Origin: a virus
Direction: 5' to 3' (one strand)
IMG/VR virus record: IMGVR_UViG_3300033149_002985
Coordinates: 28,966 to 92,965 of that record
Length of the DNA: 64,000 nucleotides
Shown here: positions 10,560 through 21,412 of the stretch, one piece after another
Layout: every line of letters begins with the position of its first letter
Numbering within the stretch: position 1 is the stretch's first letter
Made by a program: the position numbers and the translations under genes
Notes under the pieces: generated by a model
What the model was told of the DNA's origin: nothing
The model's database searches: none
The model's input: the letters and a program-made list of their open reading frames with translations, nothing else

Positions 10560-11060
10560 TCATTTTTCATCTCTCATATAAACATTTAAAATTTTTCGAT
10601 AAACAAGCATATTGGGTAAGTAATGATCAAAATAATATTGATCTGTTTTATTATAAATTAAAGATAAAGCTCCTGCTACTCCTGCACTTCTTGAAATACC
10701 TGCTTCACAATGAACAACAATTAAATCAACTTCCCATTCATATGTTTGAACAAATTCTAAAATATCTTTCGCTTGTTTTTCAGTAAACAGTTTAACTTCA
10801 AATTGATCAGTACAAGCATAACAATGACCATTATTAATATTAATATATTCTTGTCTAATACCTGTTCCATTACAATCCTTACAGTCTTTTCTATTAACTA
10901 AAGATTTAGCAATATCATGAAATTGAAGAGAAAGAATATCTAAATAAGTCTTACTTGGTTTTACTTTTTCAGAATTAGGATCTGTAATAGATATTACTAT
11001 ATAAGGTTCGTCACTTATAAATTTTTCGAAGGATTCTCTGCTTAATACCTTGATTTTCAT
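10560..11060 (-). CDS. Cys-dependent (dual-specificity/tyrosine) phosphatase
   Basis: VVHCEAGISRS CX5R loop; LQFHD general-acid motif. Confidence 0.85.
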   Translation of the reverse strand: MKIKVLSRESFEKFISDEPYIVISITDPNSEKVKPSKTYLDILSLQFHDIAKSLVNRKDCKDCNGTGIRQEYININNGHCYACTDQFEVKLFTEKQAKDILEFVQTYEWEVDLIVVHCEAGISRSAGVAGALSLIYNKTDQYYFDHYLPNMLVYRKILNVYMRDEK

Positions 11061-11223
11061 GATTTCTTTACCAATCTATTTGAATACAAAAATTTAAGAT
11101 AGTTAATGATATTCCACAAAAAACCGTATCCAAACTCCATTCAATTTGAAAAAGAATGAAAGTTCCTGATGTGATACCATCAATAATGTTTGTCCAACCT
11201 TGGTAAAATGAAATACGCATTAT

Positions 11224-11487
11224 TTATTTTTCCTTTTCATATTCCTTAACTAATTTAATTAAAATATCTCCATGACAGAGTTTCGGAGCACACCAACATC
11301 CAAGTACCTTTCCTTTTAATTCATGTAAATCTTTTAAAAGATTTGGATTATTTCTAATCCATTGTTCATATTTTTTGATAACATCTACTCTTGTACCATC
11401 TTTGCCAATAGAAAAAGGATTTCCCCATTTATTTGGGCGACCAATATAAATATCATATGACTCTTTTTTACAATGAACTATTTTCAT
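11224..11487 (-). CDS. DUF4326-like protein
   Basis: YIGRPNKWGNPF...LKGKVLGCWCAP...CHGD signature. Confidence 0.85.
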   Translation of the reverse strand: MKIVHCKKESYDIYIGRPNKWGNPFSIGKDGTRVDVIKKYEQWIRNNPNLLKDLHELKGKVLGCWCAPKLCHGDILIKLVKEYEKEK

Positions 11488-11490
11488 AAT

Positions 11491-11751
11491 TTATATTCTT
11501 TGTGTCAAAGCACGATTATTAGCAACCTTGAAAGCTTTACTATTTTTCGGATTTTTACGTACTTTAGATACAGCAGAGGATACTCTTTTATTTATTCTTC
11601 TTGCTTTGAATTGAATAAATGCTCTCCCAATTGAATCTTTAATTAATCTAAAATCTAAAGCATGAACTAATCCACAATCACAGCACTTCATATAATAATT
11701 TTTTCGCCTTGGTTGTATCCATTCACCATCTTTTACGTTATGATATCTCAT
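11491..11751 (-). CDS. Small phage protein with CCDCGLVH motif
   Basis: ORF track. Confidence 0.55.
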   Translation of the reverse strand: MRYHNVKDGEWIQPRRKNYYMKCCDCGLVHALDFRLIKDSIGRAFIQFKARRINKRVSSAVSKVRKNPKNSKAFKVANNRALTQRI

Positions 11752-11766
11752 TTATTATTCCTTTGC

Positions 11767-11794
11767 AAAAGAAAAGGGAGACTAATGTCTCCCT
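11767..11794 (-). terminator. Rho-independent terminator
   Basis: Minus strand AGGGAGAC-ATTA-GTCTCCCT followed by TTTCTTTT, just after ORF 11808..12086. Confidence 0.8.
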
Positions 11795-11807
11795 AAATCT
11801 TTATTCT

Positions 11808-12086
11808 TTAACTGTTTTCATCTTTTTTATCATCAGGCGGTGGTGTATTTTCAGGGGCCTTGTCTTCTTTTGGTGCAAGTTTATCTAGTAATGCCTTTAA
11901 CGCTTGAAAAGCTCCTACTTTTTTGAGAAGTTCTTCATCTACGTTTCGAAGTTGTGCGCCTAATTGTTGTTTCTGTTGAACAAGACCTTTATATTGAATA
12001 TTTAAATCCTGTATTTCTTTTTCAATTGTTTGTCTTTCACTGGAAGTCTCTTTTCCAAGATCCTTATTTTTCTCATCTTTGTCCAC
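11808..12086 (-). CDS. Coiled-coil hypothetical protein
   Basis: Heptad-like Q/E/K/L pattern; followed by a terminator. Confidence 0.6.
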   Translation of the reverse strand: MDKDEKNKDLGKETSSERQTIEKEIQDLNIQYKGLVQQKQQLGAQLRNVDEELLKKVGAFQALKALLDKLAPKEDKAPENTPPPDDKKDENS

Positions 12087-12102
12087 GTAATCACCTTCCT
12101 TT

Positions 12103-12594
12103 CTATTTAATATTATCTATCCAATTTTCATCATTCCAAATTTTATTGAATTCCTCTTTCATCACAAACGCTAGCCAGAGTTGTTCCATTGACCATCCAA
12201 ATTTCCAAAAGTCAATATTTTTATTTAACCATAATGAAAAATATGTTGCTAATCCTGCCTTATCTCTATGTTTTGGTAACTCAATCATCTTCTGCAATCG
12301 GTCTTGTCGAGGAAGCCAAATATAAGATAAGTATTCTGGAGTTCTTTCATTATAAAAAGCATGAAAAGTACATGTATCTGCATCTCTTACTAATTTAGCA
12401 TAAGGCTCATAAACATTTGTTAAATCCCTTTTATTTATCGAATCCATATCATAATCATGAATATGATAAATAGTCGAATGATCTCCACAAGCATTACAAG
12501 CACAAAAATATCTATCGCCAATAGCAGGTTTATGAAGTCTTTGTATTTCAATAGCTTTTCTACATTGTAAAATATATTCTTTTAAGTTATTCAT
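12103..12594 (-). CDS. Hypothetical phage protein
   Basis: IWLPRQDRLQ...SMEQLWLAFVM; ORF track. Confidence 0.6.
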   Translation of the reverse strand: MNNLKEYILQCRKAIEIQRLHKPAIGDRYFCACNACGDHSTIYHIHDYDMDSINKRDLTNVYEPYAKLVRDADTCTFHAFYNERTPEYLSYIWLPRQDRLQKMIELPKHRDKAGLATYFSLWLNKNIDFWKFGWSMEQLWLAFVMKEEFNKIWNDENWIDNIK

Positions 12595-12596
12595 TA

Positions 12597-13247
12597 TTAA
12601 ACCTTTGTTGTTTTATATTTGGCTCTAATGTTTTTAAATTTCCAAATAAATCCACCACAAGAATTAACTTTATTAAGACAACATGAACTAATATTTCCTT
12701 GAAATAATTTTAATTTTTTAGATGCTTCTGTAGCACTTTTCCATTCTTTTATAAAAACACCATTTAAATCAAATTGTAATACAGATTTAATATTACTTTC
12801 TTTATTTGATTTAATTATATTTTTCTTTAACTCTATAAATCTACAATTTGAAAATTCATAATGTTGATTACTATTTTTTCTATCAATACTAGGTTGTTTC
12901 ATGAGATAAGCCTTATCTCTATACCAAAGAAATTTAATATTTTCTAAACTAAGATGATTTTTAATTCCTTTTCCACCGTAATATTTATATGAAATGTGAT
13001 TTGGATTTACACAACGATTATGAATATTATGCCATATTATTTTCCAAGGACATTTTTCTTTATATTCTTTTTGGTATTTTGTTATTTTTTCTTTGTTTTG
13101 ATTATAATATTCCACTTGATGTTTATTGTGACAAATGATACAATCATTTCTATATTTTCCAGAATCCTTCCGAAAATTGAAAAATTCTTCCGTTTCTGGT
13201 TTTTCTTGTTCACAAAGAATACAGATTTTATTTAGAGATTTTTTCAT
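12597..13247 (-). CDS. HNH-type homing endonuclease with C-terminal NUMOD1-like domain
   Basis: RC.NP...YKYYGGKGI, SIDR...HY...NCRF, QFDLNGVFIKEWKS. Confidence 0.8.
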   Translation of the reverse strand: MKKSLNKICILCEQEKPETEEFFNFRKDSGKYRNDCIICHNKHQVEYYNQNKEKITKYQKEYKEKCPWKIIWHNIHNRCVNPNHISYKYYGGKGIKNHLSLENIKFLWYRDKAYLMKQPSIDRKNSNQHYEFSNCRFIELKKNIIKSNKESNIKSVLQFDLNGVFIKEWKSATEASKKLKLFQGNISSCCLNKVNSCGGFIWKFKNIRAKYKTTKV

Positions 13248-13443
13248 ATGAATATTTACCTTTTATGTGACTAAAAAAATATTTACCAAGACTTTTACTT
13301 TCTATAAAATCCATCCAAACTTTCCTAGGAACATCTTTATATTCATAAGTTCCACCAGATTTGAACTCTACTCTCAATTTCATTTTTAATTCATTGTATC
13401 CAACTGCTTTTATGTTGGAAGATTTAACTGGAATTAGTTTCAT
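13228..13443 (-). CDS. KTSC domain protein
   Basis: VKSSNIKAVGY...VEFKSGGTYEY.DVP...SLGKYF. Confidence 0.9.
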   Translation of the reverse strand: MKLIPVKSSNIKAVGYNELKMKLRVEFKSGGTYEYKDVPRKVWMDFIESKSLGKYFFSHIKGKYSYEKISK

Positions 13444-13764
13444 TTTAATATCTCCTTTAAAATTTTAGCAAATATAGTTAAATTTTTAAATACATCATGA
13501 ATAGTAGCCAAAGGATGATCATTAATTATTAATTCTGCTCCATCAAAAACATTATTTTTATTACGATGGATTTGACACCAAATAACATATGGAGATTCTT
13601 TAAAAGTTATTCTAATCTCTTCAATATTATCTACTTCGACATAATCTTCTAAACGTCCCTCCTCGAATCTTTCTAACCAATCTATAATTTCTTTAAGAGA
13701 TATCGCTTTTCTGTAACTTCGAAATTGTTTTTGCCATCTATATCTATATTCAATTATCATAATA

Positions 13765-14547
13765 TTACCTCTTATATTTTTTTGGAATAAAAGTTAATTC
13801 TTCTCTAATTTCTTCTCTTAATTTATTTTGATCATAAGTTTGTTTATTTAATTTATTAAAAAATGTAGAATAATTTATCTTTTCAAATGTAGGGATTTTT
13901 GAGTTAGGTGAAACATTCCAAATTTTCACATTATTTTCATTTTTATAAACTCCATATTCATGTTCTGCTCTTGAGATTCTTTTATTGTTTTCTAACTGAG
14001 TAGCTTGATACCAATTAACTTTTCCTATACCTCTATGCTTTAATGTTAAAGGCTTACCAGTATAACGACTTATTATATTTCCGTATTGATAAAAATGAGT
14101 TAAAGCTCTACCTTGAGAATCGTGAACTAAACTATCCTTATCTTCACCTTTTTGACTTGAATTATCAAATCCTAATAAAAATATTTCCCCTTCATCTAAA
14201 ATATAAATAGCTAAACTCAATGCAAATAATCCTGTCAAAGTAGCAGAATAAACGCCATGATGACAATCTCTGACATATTTAGAAGCCGTAATTAATTCAA
14301 TATTGTTAGGTTTTGTAGGAACATTAGTATGTAATCTTCCAACTGTTAATGGAAGTTTTTCTAAGTATTTTATTTCGTTTAAATAATAAGTATCATCTAC
14401 ATACATCCAACAAGTGCTATCCACAAAATGATGCGAATAATTTAATCCAATTATAAATTTATCTTTAAGTTTAGAAAATAAATCTTTATCGATTCCTTCT
14501 AATACGGAGCAACCACCGCCCAAGATTATTGCTTGTTTAGCTAACAT
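13765..14547 (-). CDS. MptE-like / glycosyltransferase-associated Rossmann protein
   Basis: IILGGG.S, IGLN, TG..AL.LA, IFLLGFD, THFY, IWNVSP.S.I..F. Confidence 0.7.
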   Translation of the reverse strand: MLAKQAIILGGGCSVLEGIDKDLFSKLKDKFIIGLNYSHHFVDSTCWMYVDDTYYLNEIKYLEKLPLTVGRLHTNVPTKPNNIELITASKYVRDCHHGVYSATLTGLFALSLAIYILDEGEIFLLGFDNSSQKGEDKDSLVHDSQGRALTHFYQYGNIISRYTGKPLTLKHRGIGKVNWYQATQLENNKRISRAEHEYGVYKNENNVKIWNVSPNSKIPTFEKINYSTFFNKLNKQTYDQNKLREEIREELTFIPKKYKR

Positions 14548-15095
14548 TATAATATCCTATCAGGATTGATTCTTTTTAATAATTCATGATATATTAAAAA
14601 GGTATTTTTAGCATCATCTTTTGCATTATGTTTTTTACCATCAAATCGCATGCCTAAACGGATTAATGATTTTGCTAATCCCGACCGATGGCTTTCTCCT
14701 TTAGAAAACATATAAGATATAAAAAGAGTTTTTACATCTATCCAACGGCGACCAAATAAAAAAATTTCATCATCTAAGTCTAATGCCTTCCGCAAATCTT
14801 GACTATCTCCTCCACCCCAAGTTAAAGGATTACGAAAACATTTATAATGAGCATGAAGAGCCTTTAAATCTTCATAAATTTCAGGAAAAGAAATTCCATG
14901 ATCTATATCTCTTTGTTTAATTCCAGTTAATTTTTTAATATATTCTGATAATAGAAGAGTTACTTTAACATGTTCGCAATATTCTTCTAAAATCTTCCCC
15001 GATTTTAAATTGCCTATAACAACCCCTATTTGAATAATAGTTTGGCAAGGTTGTTCATATTCCATGTCTAAAGAAACAATATTAATATCTTTCAT
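14547..15095 (-). CDS. DEDDh 3'-5' exonuclease
   Basis: SLDMEY...IIQIG; WG..D; HNAKDDA. Confidence 0.85.
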   Translation of the reverse strand: MKDINIVSLDMEYEQPCQTIIQIGVVIGNLKSGKILEEYCEHVKVTLLLSEYIKKLTGIKQRDIDHGISFPEIYEDLKALHAHYKCFRNPLTWGGGDSQDLRKALDLDDEIFLFGRRWIDVKTLFISYMFSKGESHRSGLAKSLIRLGMRFDGKKHNAKDDAKNTFLIYHELLKRINPDRIL

Positions 15096-15097
15096 TT

Positions 15098-15472
15098 TTA
15101 TTCTGGAAAGAATTTATTTTCCCATCCTCTTATAAAATTAATACCATACTCTAAAATACCATAACAATCATTCATTATTTCATTATATATTTCTTCTGCT
15201 TCTTTTAAAGCTTCTATTTCAGTTTCGAATATTTTACATTCTCCAAAATAATCTTTTAATACTTTAGGATTTATTTCATTGCGTTTTTCATGTTTAGGTA
15301 AATGACCTCCACAATGTTGACATTGATGTTGTCCATTACTAATACATTTAGGTATTGGATTATTACAACAAGTAAAAATTTCCCACCAATAGAGATTATC
15401 AATAGCTTGTGCATGAGTCACTCTAAAACCATCTAAAGACTGTAAAATGTAGATCCCGTTGTCTGAACTGAT
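15098..15472 (-). CDS. Hypothetical phage protein, possibly starting at ATC 15472 (track start GTG 15421)
   Basis: Frame stays open upstream of the GTG; AGGAGG lies 9 nt before the ATC. Confidence 0.5.
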   Translation of the reverse strand: MSSDNGIYILQSLDGFRVTHAQAIDNLYWWEIFTCCNNPIPKCISNGQHQCQHCGGHLPKHEKRNEINPKVLKDYFGECKIFETEIEALKEAEEIYNEIMNDCYGILEYGINFIRGWENKFFPE

Positions 15473-16313
15473 CTCTACTGCCCTCCTTTATACTTTTTTA
15501 ACACTTCCAGGTCTTACTCTGCCTTTCTTATCATCAAGAGCATCATAAACCTTTTGTTTCCTTAATAGTCTATTTACTTTATTTCTATGTTTCATTTGAG
15601 TCCCTCTTTGAGTTGAGCTATACGCTCTATTACAGAACTAGCACAGTTGAAACAATCGTTATGCAATTCTAACTCCTCTATCCTCGCCTTGATTGTCTCT
15701 TTCTTATGATGAAGAGATTGCTCGTTAATACATTCCTTTTGTGTGTTAATTAATTCTAAATCTTCTTCGGCATTTCTTTCATACATTTTCTCTTGTTTTT
15801 CCAATGCAGAACGTAGAAAGAATTTAACTTCCTCACCACAACTCACCCAACCATCTTCGCACTTCTTATCTAAGCCATGTGGAAACTTCTCATCGAATTC
15901 TTTCATCTTCTGGTCTATATATTCATTCATTATACCCCTTTGCATATAGCGCATCTACTATTAAATATTCAACCCCATACATAATATCCCCAACTTCTTC
16001 TCTTGCATTTTCATTTGTAAAAGAAACCTGTTTGTGAAGATGTTGTTGTATGCAATCACATACAATATCTGCTATTTTTTCTTTATCCATTATTTTTTAC
16101 TCCTTCCACATCCATAACATAAAATAGAAACTAAATATAAATAGCCATCCACTTATAAATGTTCCAAGAATAATTTTAAGAAATTCCATTATTGTTTATT
16201 TCCTTTTTTATTATTAGAAAGAGCTTTAACATATGACCATTCATTATATGTTTTTTGAGGAAATCCATTTTCTTTTAATTCTTTAGCTATTGCTAAATCT
16301 ACTGTATATTCTT

Positions 16314-17042
16314 TCATGATTGTCCTTTTGGTTTTTCATCGTTCAAAATTGTTTTTTTATATAAATGACCAGAAGCTGTGTGATAGATACAAATTCCCTC
16401 CGCATTCATAAAACCTGGAACAGCTTTACTTCCTTCCATTTTTAAACGCATTAAAATAGTATCAATTGTAATAGTATTAAACATCCCTTCATATAAAATA
16501 GGAACAACTTTACAGCATTTTGGAGCGGGGGAAGTATATTTTTCTTCTTTTGTTTTAGAGTTAATACTAATTAATCTTTTCTCTTTATTATGTTGATGCC
16601 ATTTTTTAACATTAAATAATGCAAGTCTTTTTTCGTCTAATCCATAATTTCTATTTATTCCTTTACCGTAAAATTCTCCAAAATGCCTCCCTTTTCCTAG
16701 TTTGAGAAGTTCTTCTGCGTTTTCTTTAACCCATCGAGCAAAACCATGATTATCACAATTTTTTCCGCTATCTACCGAAAGCCATCTTGTACGAGAACCA
16801 GCAAACATATATAAAATATCATTTTCATCCGTCATTGCGAGTGTTTTATAAAGACAATATTTATCAATAAATTCTTTCATAGCTTCATCTGTGCCTACTC
16901 CTTGATTCCATTCAGTAAAAAATGAATTATGTAAATCTTGTCTACGCATAATAACAATTTGTCCATTAGTTCCATCAATTTTTTCGCTGATTACTATATC
17001 TCTACTTAATCGAGGTATTTTATTAAATTTTTGGAATTCCAT
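16314..17042 (-). CDS. ATP-dependent RNA ligase (Rnl2-like)
   Basis: Motif I EKIDGTN; FGEFYG.GI; EG.C; LYKK. Confidence 0.8.
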   Translation of the reverse strand: MEFQKFNKIPRLSRDIVISEKIDGTNGQIVIMRRQDLHNSFFTEWNQGVGTDEAMKEFIDKYCLYKTLAMTDENDILYMFAGSRTRWLSVDSGKNCDNHGFARWVKENAEELLKLGKGRHFGEFYGKGINRNYGLDEKRLALFNVKKWHQHNKEKRLISINSKTKEEKYTSPAPKCCKVVPILYEGMFNTITIDTILMRLKMEGSKAVPGFMNAEGICIYHTASGHLYKKTILNDEKPKGQS

Positions 17043-17343
17043 TTTTACTCCTTATAAAATAAAAAATACTTGTTAAAATGATTCCTATAAATAATAATGC
17101 AATAACAGCAATAGCTGTAATTTCTCCTAAAAATTCTGAAGTTATGACATTCATAAAACCTTTAATAAAATTAGTCGTTTTTGTTCCTTGTATAATAATA
17201 CCTGAAAATATCATCCAAAAACCTAAATTAAAAAAATTTTGTAAAGTTAAATATTCAACACATCCTTCTTTATATTTTATACTTTTAACATAAGTGAAAT
17301 ACATAATAATTCCACCTAATACAATTATTATATTAAATAACAT
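17023..17343 (-). CDS. Membrane protein (about 3 TM segments)
   Basis: Hydrophobic segments. Confidence 0.55.
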   Translation of the reverse strand: MLFNIIIVLGGIIMYFTYVKSIKYKEGCVEYLTLQNFFNLGFWMIFSGIIIQGTKTTNFIKGFMNVITSEFLGEITAIAVIALLFIGIILTSIFYFIRSKNGIPKI

Positions 17344-17633
17344 TAATTATTTCCTTCTTCACAAACAAATTTAAAATCTAATAAATTATATAAAATTGAA
17401 CTAAGCATAAAACCATTAAAAATATGTATCCAATGTATATCAAAAAATTTAGCAGAGAAATTAGCAATGAAAGTGTATAAAATAATTCCTATTAAATGTA
17501 TTTTTTGTGCTTGAGTCATTCCAATATTCTCTTTTTAATATCTTTCCTAATATTCCAAAAACCTGCAAGAGAAATGAGTATTAAAATAGATGCAATTATT
17601 TGATAGATATTCATGATCTTTCTTCCCTATATA

Positions 17634-17663
17634 AGTATAACATACGCTTTAGAAGGCTGTCAA
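17634..17663 (-). promoter_or_regulatory. sigma70-type promoter TTGACA-N18-TATACT with TG extended -10
   Basis: Minus strand TTGACA gccttctaaagcgtatgt TATACT. Confidence 0.75.
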
Positions 17664-17856
17664 GAGCTCAACCTGATAATAATATGAGTAGGAAAAGCAT
17701 AGTCATTTAAGAACACTTTTATACAATTATCATCTTCATCATGCAAAAGTCTCCAAACATTACTACCTCCAGATTCTTCATAACCCTCTGCAATTAAACC
17801 ATTTACAGTAGCTCGTAATAATTTTTTATAAAATTCTAAATTCTCAAGAACGTCCA

Positions 17857-18456
17857 TTAAGATCTCCTATTTTTAAATTCCCTACTTTTCTGCCAATGTA
17901 TAATTACAGGCTCTTTAATGTAATTAGGAACTTCTTTTTTCATATTTATCACAACACAATAGCTGGCTGGTAATTTATAAATATTCAAATCAACTTGTTT
18001 TTCGATTATTCGTTCCAAAATTTTTTGTTCCCAAACATTAGGAGCTTCTTTACAATCTCTAATACATTGTTCGAAAATTTTAATCATTTTTTCATTATAT
18101 TTTATAAACATTGTGCCAGATAATAGATGGAAATTATCCCCCCCTGTTTGATTCCTCCAATTTAAATACCAATCTAGCCAATGAGCTCCAAAATCTGTTT
18201 CTTTTGGCAAATCAAAAAGTAATTGGGGATAAGATTCTATTATTGCATCTGCATCTAAGAATACGACATCTTCTTTAAATTTATTCATTGTATTCAATAT
18301 AAAAGTAGGTTTATATGATGTATTTGCATTCCAGTTTTGAAGATCAATAACTTTTTCAATATGATAATCTAACTTCCACTTTTTTAAAGAAGGTAATAAA
18401 TAAGTATTCATTACATTTTCATAATTTCCTGGAGTGTAATATGAAATAAATTTCAC
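17857..18456 (-). CDS. GT-A nucleotide-diphospho-sugar transferase
   Basis: YKP.FI...VVFLDADA (DxD), SGTMF, WEQ, PVIIH.Q.SR. Confidence 0.8.
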   Translation of the reverse strand: MKFISYYTPGNYENVMNTYLLPSLKKWKLDYHIEKVIDLQNWNANTSYKPTFILNTMNKFKEDVVFLDADAIIESYPQLLFDLPKETDFGAHWLDWYLNWRNQTGGDNFHLLSGTMFIKYNEKMIKIFEQCIRDCKEAPNVWEQKILERIIEKQVDLNIYKLPASYCVVINMKKEVPNYIKEPVIIHWQKSREFKNRRS

Positions 18457-18610
18457 TTTTTAACCTCAACTAATTTATATATTTTTCCATTTTTAAGTAT
18501 TATTTTAGCATCTTTGGCTTCTTCTAAAGTTAAAGAACCGCCTATTAATTCTCTCCCATCAGATAATCTAATATATCCTTCAGCTAATACACCAATTACA
18601 TATTGATTTT

Positions 18611-19489
18611 TCATAATCCTACCTCCTTTAATTTTTTAAATAATTCTTGAATCCTAATACTAATATCGTGGTCTTGATAACATATTTTTTGAGTTTGTTT
18701 TCCAATATATCCTAAATATTCATATTGTAATAAAAAAATTAATTTTTTAATCATAGAAAACGAATCATCGTAAAAAAATATTTCTTCATTTTCTTTAAAT
18801 AACATACGAGTATCTTCTCTATTATATGTTAATACAGGAGTGCCACAGGCACTACTTTCAAAAATCCGATGAGCCAAAGCAGAAGTATCATTTGTAATAT
18901 CTAAAACAATATGGGTTTTATTAATTTCTTCTATTAATTGTTCTCCTTCTATAAATCCGTGAGTATCTTCGTTTTTGTCCCACTCATGACCAAAAACTTT
19001 TACATTAAATCCTAATTCTCGTAGTTTATTAACTACTTCATTTCGATTAGGAATAAAGCTATGTTTGCCAACTCCAATTACTAATATATCTGTTTCTTTT
19101 TTTAAATGGAGATTTTTATGATAGCGTTTATCACAAGAAGTTGGATTATAAATAACTAATTTTTTATTTTTTAAATCATTGTATAATCTCCAATCATTAG
19201 TAACATAAATATCACAATTTTCCATATGTTCTTCAGAATAAAGATTAGGATCAGATAATCCAAATGCTATTACAGGTATTTTGATTTTTTCGAATTCTTC
19301 TTCTGTAATTTTAGTTCCTGCACCTACAAGCCAAACTTGATCATATTTATTGTAATCTATTTTAGGATTTTGATTTTTATTAAATAAATCTACTTTATGT
19401 CCAAGAATTTGCAAATATTCATAAGTTGCTCTTGTTGTAGGAAAGCTATTCCAATTATAGAAAAATGGTATTACCATACAAATTTTCAT
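18611..19489 (-). CDS. GT-B glycosyltransferase (CgeB/Glyco_trans_1_2-like)
   Basis: VFGHEW...RIFESSACGTPVLT...LF. Confidence 0.8.
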   Translation of the reverse strand: MKICMVIPFFYNWNSFPTTRATYEYLQILGHKVDLFNKNQNPKIDYNKYDQVWLVGAGTKITEEEFEKIKIPVIAFGLSDPNLYSEEHMENCDIYVTNDWRLYNDLKNKKLVIYNPTSCDKRYHKNLHLKKETDILVIGVGKHSFIPNRNEVVNKLRELGFNVKVFGHEWDKNEDTHGFIEGEQLIEEINKTHIVLDITNDTSALAHRIFESSACGTPVLTYNREDTRMLFKENEEIFFYDDSFSMIKKLIFLLQYEYLGYIGKQTQKICYQDHDISIRIQELFKKLKEVGL

Positions 19490-19492
19490 CTT

Positions 19493-20770
19493 TTATCCTT
19501 TATTATAATTAGTTTGTTTGATTACTCGTTCCATTTCTCCAACCACCCATTTTTGTTCTTCCATTGTAAGAAATTTGTTATGAATAAGAGGAGTATACTC
19601 TCTTTTTTTAGCTTCTTCGCCTATTTTTTGGTAAAAATCTTTATTATATTGTCGAAAATTTTTACTAAGTATTTCACAATTAAAAGAATCAGGATCATTA
19701 AAGATCGGAGTTCCAGGAAGAGGAATAAAAGTACTAAGCGTAGCATAATCTATTGGGAAAACTTTTAATAAAGTTTCATTAATAAGAGGCGAATCTAGTC
19801 GTTCGCCAGGCACACCTGCCATAAAAAGACCTCTAACCTTTAATCCTGCTCTTTGAGCATTAATACAACCCTTAAACATTTTTTCAACTGTTGTATTCTT
19901 ATGTAAGAAATCCAATACTCTCTGATCTAAATTTTCAATACCAGGAGACATTTCTCTTGCTCCTGAATCATACATTGCGTTAGCAATTTCTTCTGTTACA
20001 GATTCGGCTCTAATACTACATCTCCAAAGTATTTTCAACGGTTTAACTTTCTTACAAAATTCTAAACATCTCTTAGAATTAGAAGTTAAATTATCATCGG
20101 CTAATCTAAATTGATTGATGTTATACTTCTTTTTAAGTAATTCCATTTCTTCTATAATACTATCAATGGAGCGATAGCGAACTTTCCGTGTCCACATAGC
20201 TTGAGAAGCACAGAAACTACAATTAAAAGGACATCCTCTGCTAGTTAAAAAATTGATACTATCTCCTTCTTTTTTATCAAAGAAAATTCCTTTACCTAAT
20301 TTAGTTTCAACTAAATCATAGTTTATAAAAGGAAGAGAATCCAAATCTTTTACGTATTCTTTCATAAAATAAACAGGTTTTAATTGATTTTTTTCAACAT
20401 CGTTTATCATTTCAAGAATTAAATTTTCCCCTTCTCCTACGCAAATAGCGTCAAATAGTTTGGTTTCGTTAACTTCTTTAAACATAGATGAAACATGAAC
20501 TCCACCTATAAAAATCTTTGTCTTAGGAAAATGTTTCCTAATTAATTTAGCACAATCCTCGTTCATAGGATATTCCAAGGTAGTACCTCCCAAGCAAATA
20601 ATGTCATAATCGGGATAATTTAACAATTCTTTTTTAAGCATGGGTCGAATAAATTTAACTTCATGTCCTGCGTTTTGGGCAATAGTGGCTACCATTAGTA
20701 GTCCCACAGGAATCTGTACGTGTTGGCGCACGAGATATGGTGCTGGAGACTCTAGAAAAAGAATTCTCAT
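19493..20770 (-). CDS. B12-binding radical SAM protein (class B methylase-like)
   Basis: GGVH in the cobalamin domain, TSRGCPFNCSFC, PLPGTP; ATG 20770 overlaps the upstream stop. Confidence 0.9.
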   Translation of the reverse strand: MRILFLESPAPYLVRQHVQIPVGLLMVATIAQNAGHEVKFIRPMLKKELLNYPDYDIICLGGTTLEYPMNEDCAKLIRKHFPKTKIFIGGVHVSSMFKEVNETKLFDAICVGEGENLILEMINDVEKNQLKPVYFMKEYVKDLDSLPFINYDLVETKLGKGIFFDKKEGDSINFLTSRGCPFNCSFCASQAMWTRKVRYRSIDSIIEEMELLKKKYNINQFRLADDNLTSNSKRCLEFCKKVKPLKILWRCSIRAESVTEEIANAMYDSGAREMSPGIENLDQRVLDFLHKNTTVEKMFKGCINAQRAGLKVRGLFMAGVPGERLDSPLINETLLKVFPIDYATLSTFIPLPGTPIFNDPDSFNCEILSKNFRQYNKDFYQKIGEEAKKREYTPLIHNKFLTMEEQKWVVGEMERVIKQTNYNKG

Positions 20771-21252
20771 GAAATATCTCCTTTTAACCAATTTAACCAA
20801 TTTGCTTTATAATTTTTCTGAAAATGAACAATACCAAATTGAAAACCCATAGGTGGAAATTCTTTTGGAGTATTAATTAATAAAATTTCTTTAATATCAA
20901 AACCATGATTTTGCATATCTCGAACTCTTGCTTTTGTCCAAATATGATTAATTGTGATTAAAAAAACAATATTTTGTGAAATTTCAAAAGAATGAATTAA
21001 AAATTTTCGCATTTTGGAATAAGGTGGATTTGTAATAATCCAATCAACTTTTTTATTATAATTAAAAAAATCTTTTCCTTCTTCTATTTCACACCAATCT
21101 GCTTTCATATATTTTAAAAAATTACCAGTTCCTTTACATGGTTCAAGAATTTTACCAGAAGGTTTAAAATGTTCAACAATAGCTTTACACAAATAATCTG
21201 GAGTCATTATAACATCATTACTTGAATAATTTCTATTTGGTTGATTTTTCAT
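20767..21252 (-). CDS. DNA adenine methyltransferase
   Basis: LEPCKGTG.F and IITNPPY. Confidence 0.8.
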   Translation of the reverse strand: MKNQPNRNYSSNDVIMTPDYLCKAIVEHFKPSGKILEPCKGTGNFLKYMKADWCEIEEGKDFFNYNKKVDWIITNPPYSKMRKFLIHSFEISQNIVFLITINHIWTKARVRDMQNHGFDIKEILLINTPKEFPPMGFQFGIVHFQKNYKANWLNWLKGDIS

Positions 21253-21412
21253 TTTTCCACCTTTTCTTTACATGGATCAACTTCTGCTAATAATTTACCA
21301 TCTAATGCCCAATATTGAGTTATTCTTCTAGCAACTCCACCATTATTTTGTTCTTGTTGACTTGCTCCACGAACTTCGATATCTGTTACTATAACCTGTA
21401 TTAATTTCGCAC

